From NCBI GenBank assembly GCA_002104945.1, contig MCFH01000016.1, forward strand, positions 558,001 through 622,000: 64,000 bases of DNA. Reading direction: 5' to 3'. The notes under the pieces were generated by a model. The model made no database searches and was not told the DNA's origin. It worked only from the letters and a program-made list of their open reading frames with translations. Of the stretch, positions 62,288 through 64,000 are shown one piece after another; the first letter of the stretch is position 1, and each line of letters opens with the position of its first letter. A program made the position numbers and the translations under genes. The DNA comes from Piromyces finnis finn (taxonomy: Eukaryota > Fungi > Neocallimastigomycota).

Positions 62288-63526
62288 TTAGAATAATAAA
62301 GATGCGGCCATATTTTTATCGCCATTTGCAAGTTTTAGTGCCTGAATAACTTCTAATTTTGAAAAGCCTAAACTCATTAAATCTTTGATTGCTTCGTCTG
62401 AGAAATTATCAGAGGAAGAACTTGAATCTACAATATTACGAGTTTAAGGAATATGATTAGAATATTTGTTTACTTTTATAGTTGTTTTGTTTTAATTATT
62501 ATTTTTGTTATTATTTTTTAATTGATTTAATAAGGATATAAAGTATATTATTATATTATTTTAATTTATCATTAAATTTTTTATTTTATTCTTTAATAGT
62601 TTCTTTTAATTTTATTTTTATAATTTAAAAGTTCTTCATTGTAAACAAGAACAAAATAATCTTCTTTTTATTAAAAAATTTATCTTTCTTTTATGTTTTG
62701 TTTTATCCACAACTATAGTATAAATTGTTATTATATTACAACAATAATAATATGATATATTTTATAAATTGATTACTCTCCTTTCTTTAATTTTTTATTT
62801 TAATTTTTATACTTTTATATACTTTTTAAAATCTTTATATAATAATTAATTTTTCAATAATATATATATAGATATATTTTGTGAAACTTACTATTTAGGT
62901 TAGATGTATTTCCTGTGATTTCTGGTTTTGGAGCTTCTGCTGATTTTCCTTTTAATTGGTTCTTTAATTCTTCCTTATTAACATTACGTTTTGGAATTTC
63001 ATGTTCAGCTAAAAATGGTACACTTTCATTACCAATTTTTAAAGCACCTTCACCTAAATCAATAATAACTTGATGTCTTTTTAACATATCCAAACCAAGA
63101 ATTAAATCAATTTTTTGATTCTATTTAAAAAGTAAAAAAAAAAATAAAGTTATAATTAGATAAAGTATAATTCATTTACTGTTAGTCATTAAAAATAAAA
63201 CTAAAAATATTCTTTTTTATTTTCATTTTCAAATTGATATTTTACTTCTAAAACTGATATAGTAGTAGCAAATGAACTATCACCAATTGTGATATCTGCG
63301 TTATGAATAACACCAAGAATTTTAGCTACACCTACACCTTGAGCAATACCTGTAAATCTATCATCAATTAAATAAGACATACTATATAATATATATATAT
63401 ATATATATAATATTATAAAATTAAAAGAAATAATATTAGAATATTGAATTATTTTTGTACGATTTGATTATTATTAATTTGATTATTTTACCCGCATGCT
63501 TCTACACATTCAGGGCTCACTATTGA

Positions 63527-63557
<31 letters not shown>

Positions 63558-64000
63558 GGTTGTTTAATATAATGAAATATAATATTAATATTTATAATGC
63601 TTTATAATATTTATAATATTATAATGAAAATTAATTTATTTACTAATTGTTTTTTGAGCTCCGGTATCAACAAAAGCTTTTAATGGATGATTATTCATTT
63701 TACAATTAATATAAAGCATAGTAATCTATTATATTTAATAGCAAAAAATAAAGTCAGTTAAAATTAATAATTTTTAACAATTAATAGTTTATTACTTACA
63801 TCTCCAAAGAATTCAGGATGATGTTCTAAAGCATACTATAAATATTAATTATTGTAAATATTTATTGTTATTCATAATATTTGTGTGATTGATTATACAT
63901 CTTTTGATACTTACTTCATAATTACGATTAATATTTTCCTTTTTAATTGCATTTTCTATTTTTCTTTGAGCTTCAATATCAAATGGATTTTCATTTATAT
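62288..64000 (-). CDS. DDI1: DNA damage-inducible protein 1 (retroviral-like aspartic protease plus C-terminal UBA), 5' end beyond the window
   Basis: Spliced exons give ..HHPESFGDV..|[19 protein letters not shown]..|..[20 protein letters not shown]..|[25 protein letters not shown].. and a UBA exon [35 protein letters not shown]. Confidence 0.92.

Noticed and set aside
62288-64000. Retroviral-type protease as part of the neighbouring transposon stack
   Set aside because: It is multi-exon, has a C-terminal UBA and lies outside the copia TSD; this is host DDI1.

Overview
Extremely AT-rich, intron-rich eukaryotic DNA, most consistent with an anaerobic gut fungus (Neocallimastigomycota). That assignment is inferred from the base composition, short AT-rich GT-AG introns, and secreted LRR/CBM18 and ankyrin genes. 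Positions 1-24 kb hold spliced housekeeping or regulatory genes: a partial unknown gene, GID8, a forkhead factor, a RING-H2 E3 and a triple cNMP-binding protein, separated by long microsatellites. Positions 24-48 kb are accessory-like. They contain a bacterial-type sugar O-acetyltransferase with a putative added targeting exon, an ankyrin gene, a RING/C1-like zinc-finger gene, and four tandem secreted LRR genes built one repeat per phase-2 exon. Two LRR genes end in hevein/CBM18 arrays (16 and 4 copies); two are a recent duplicate pair ending in Thr/Lys tails. Positions 48.25-61.08 kb are a four-level nested transposon stack, each level with its own 5-bp TSD: Ty1/copia > ~790-bp TG..CA unit > inverted second copy of the same unit > Ty3/gypsy chromovirus. 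The copia PBS matches the anticodon arm of tRNA-Lys(CUU), implying half-tRNA priming, and the chromovirus PBS looks self-priming. The window ends in a partial DDI1 gene. All gene models were spliced by eye; no alignments or database searches were run.
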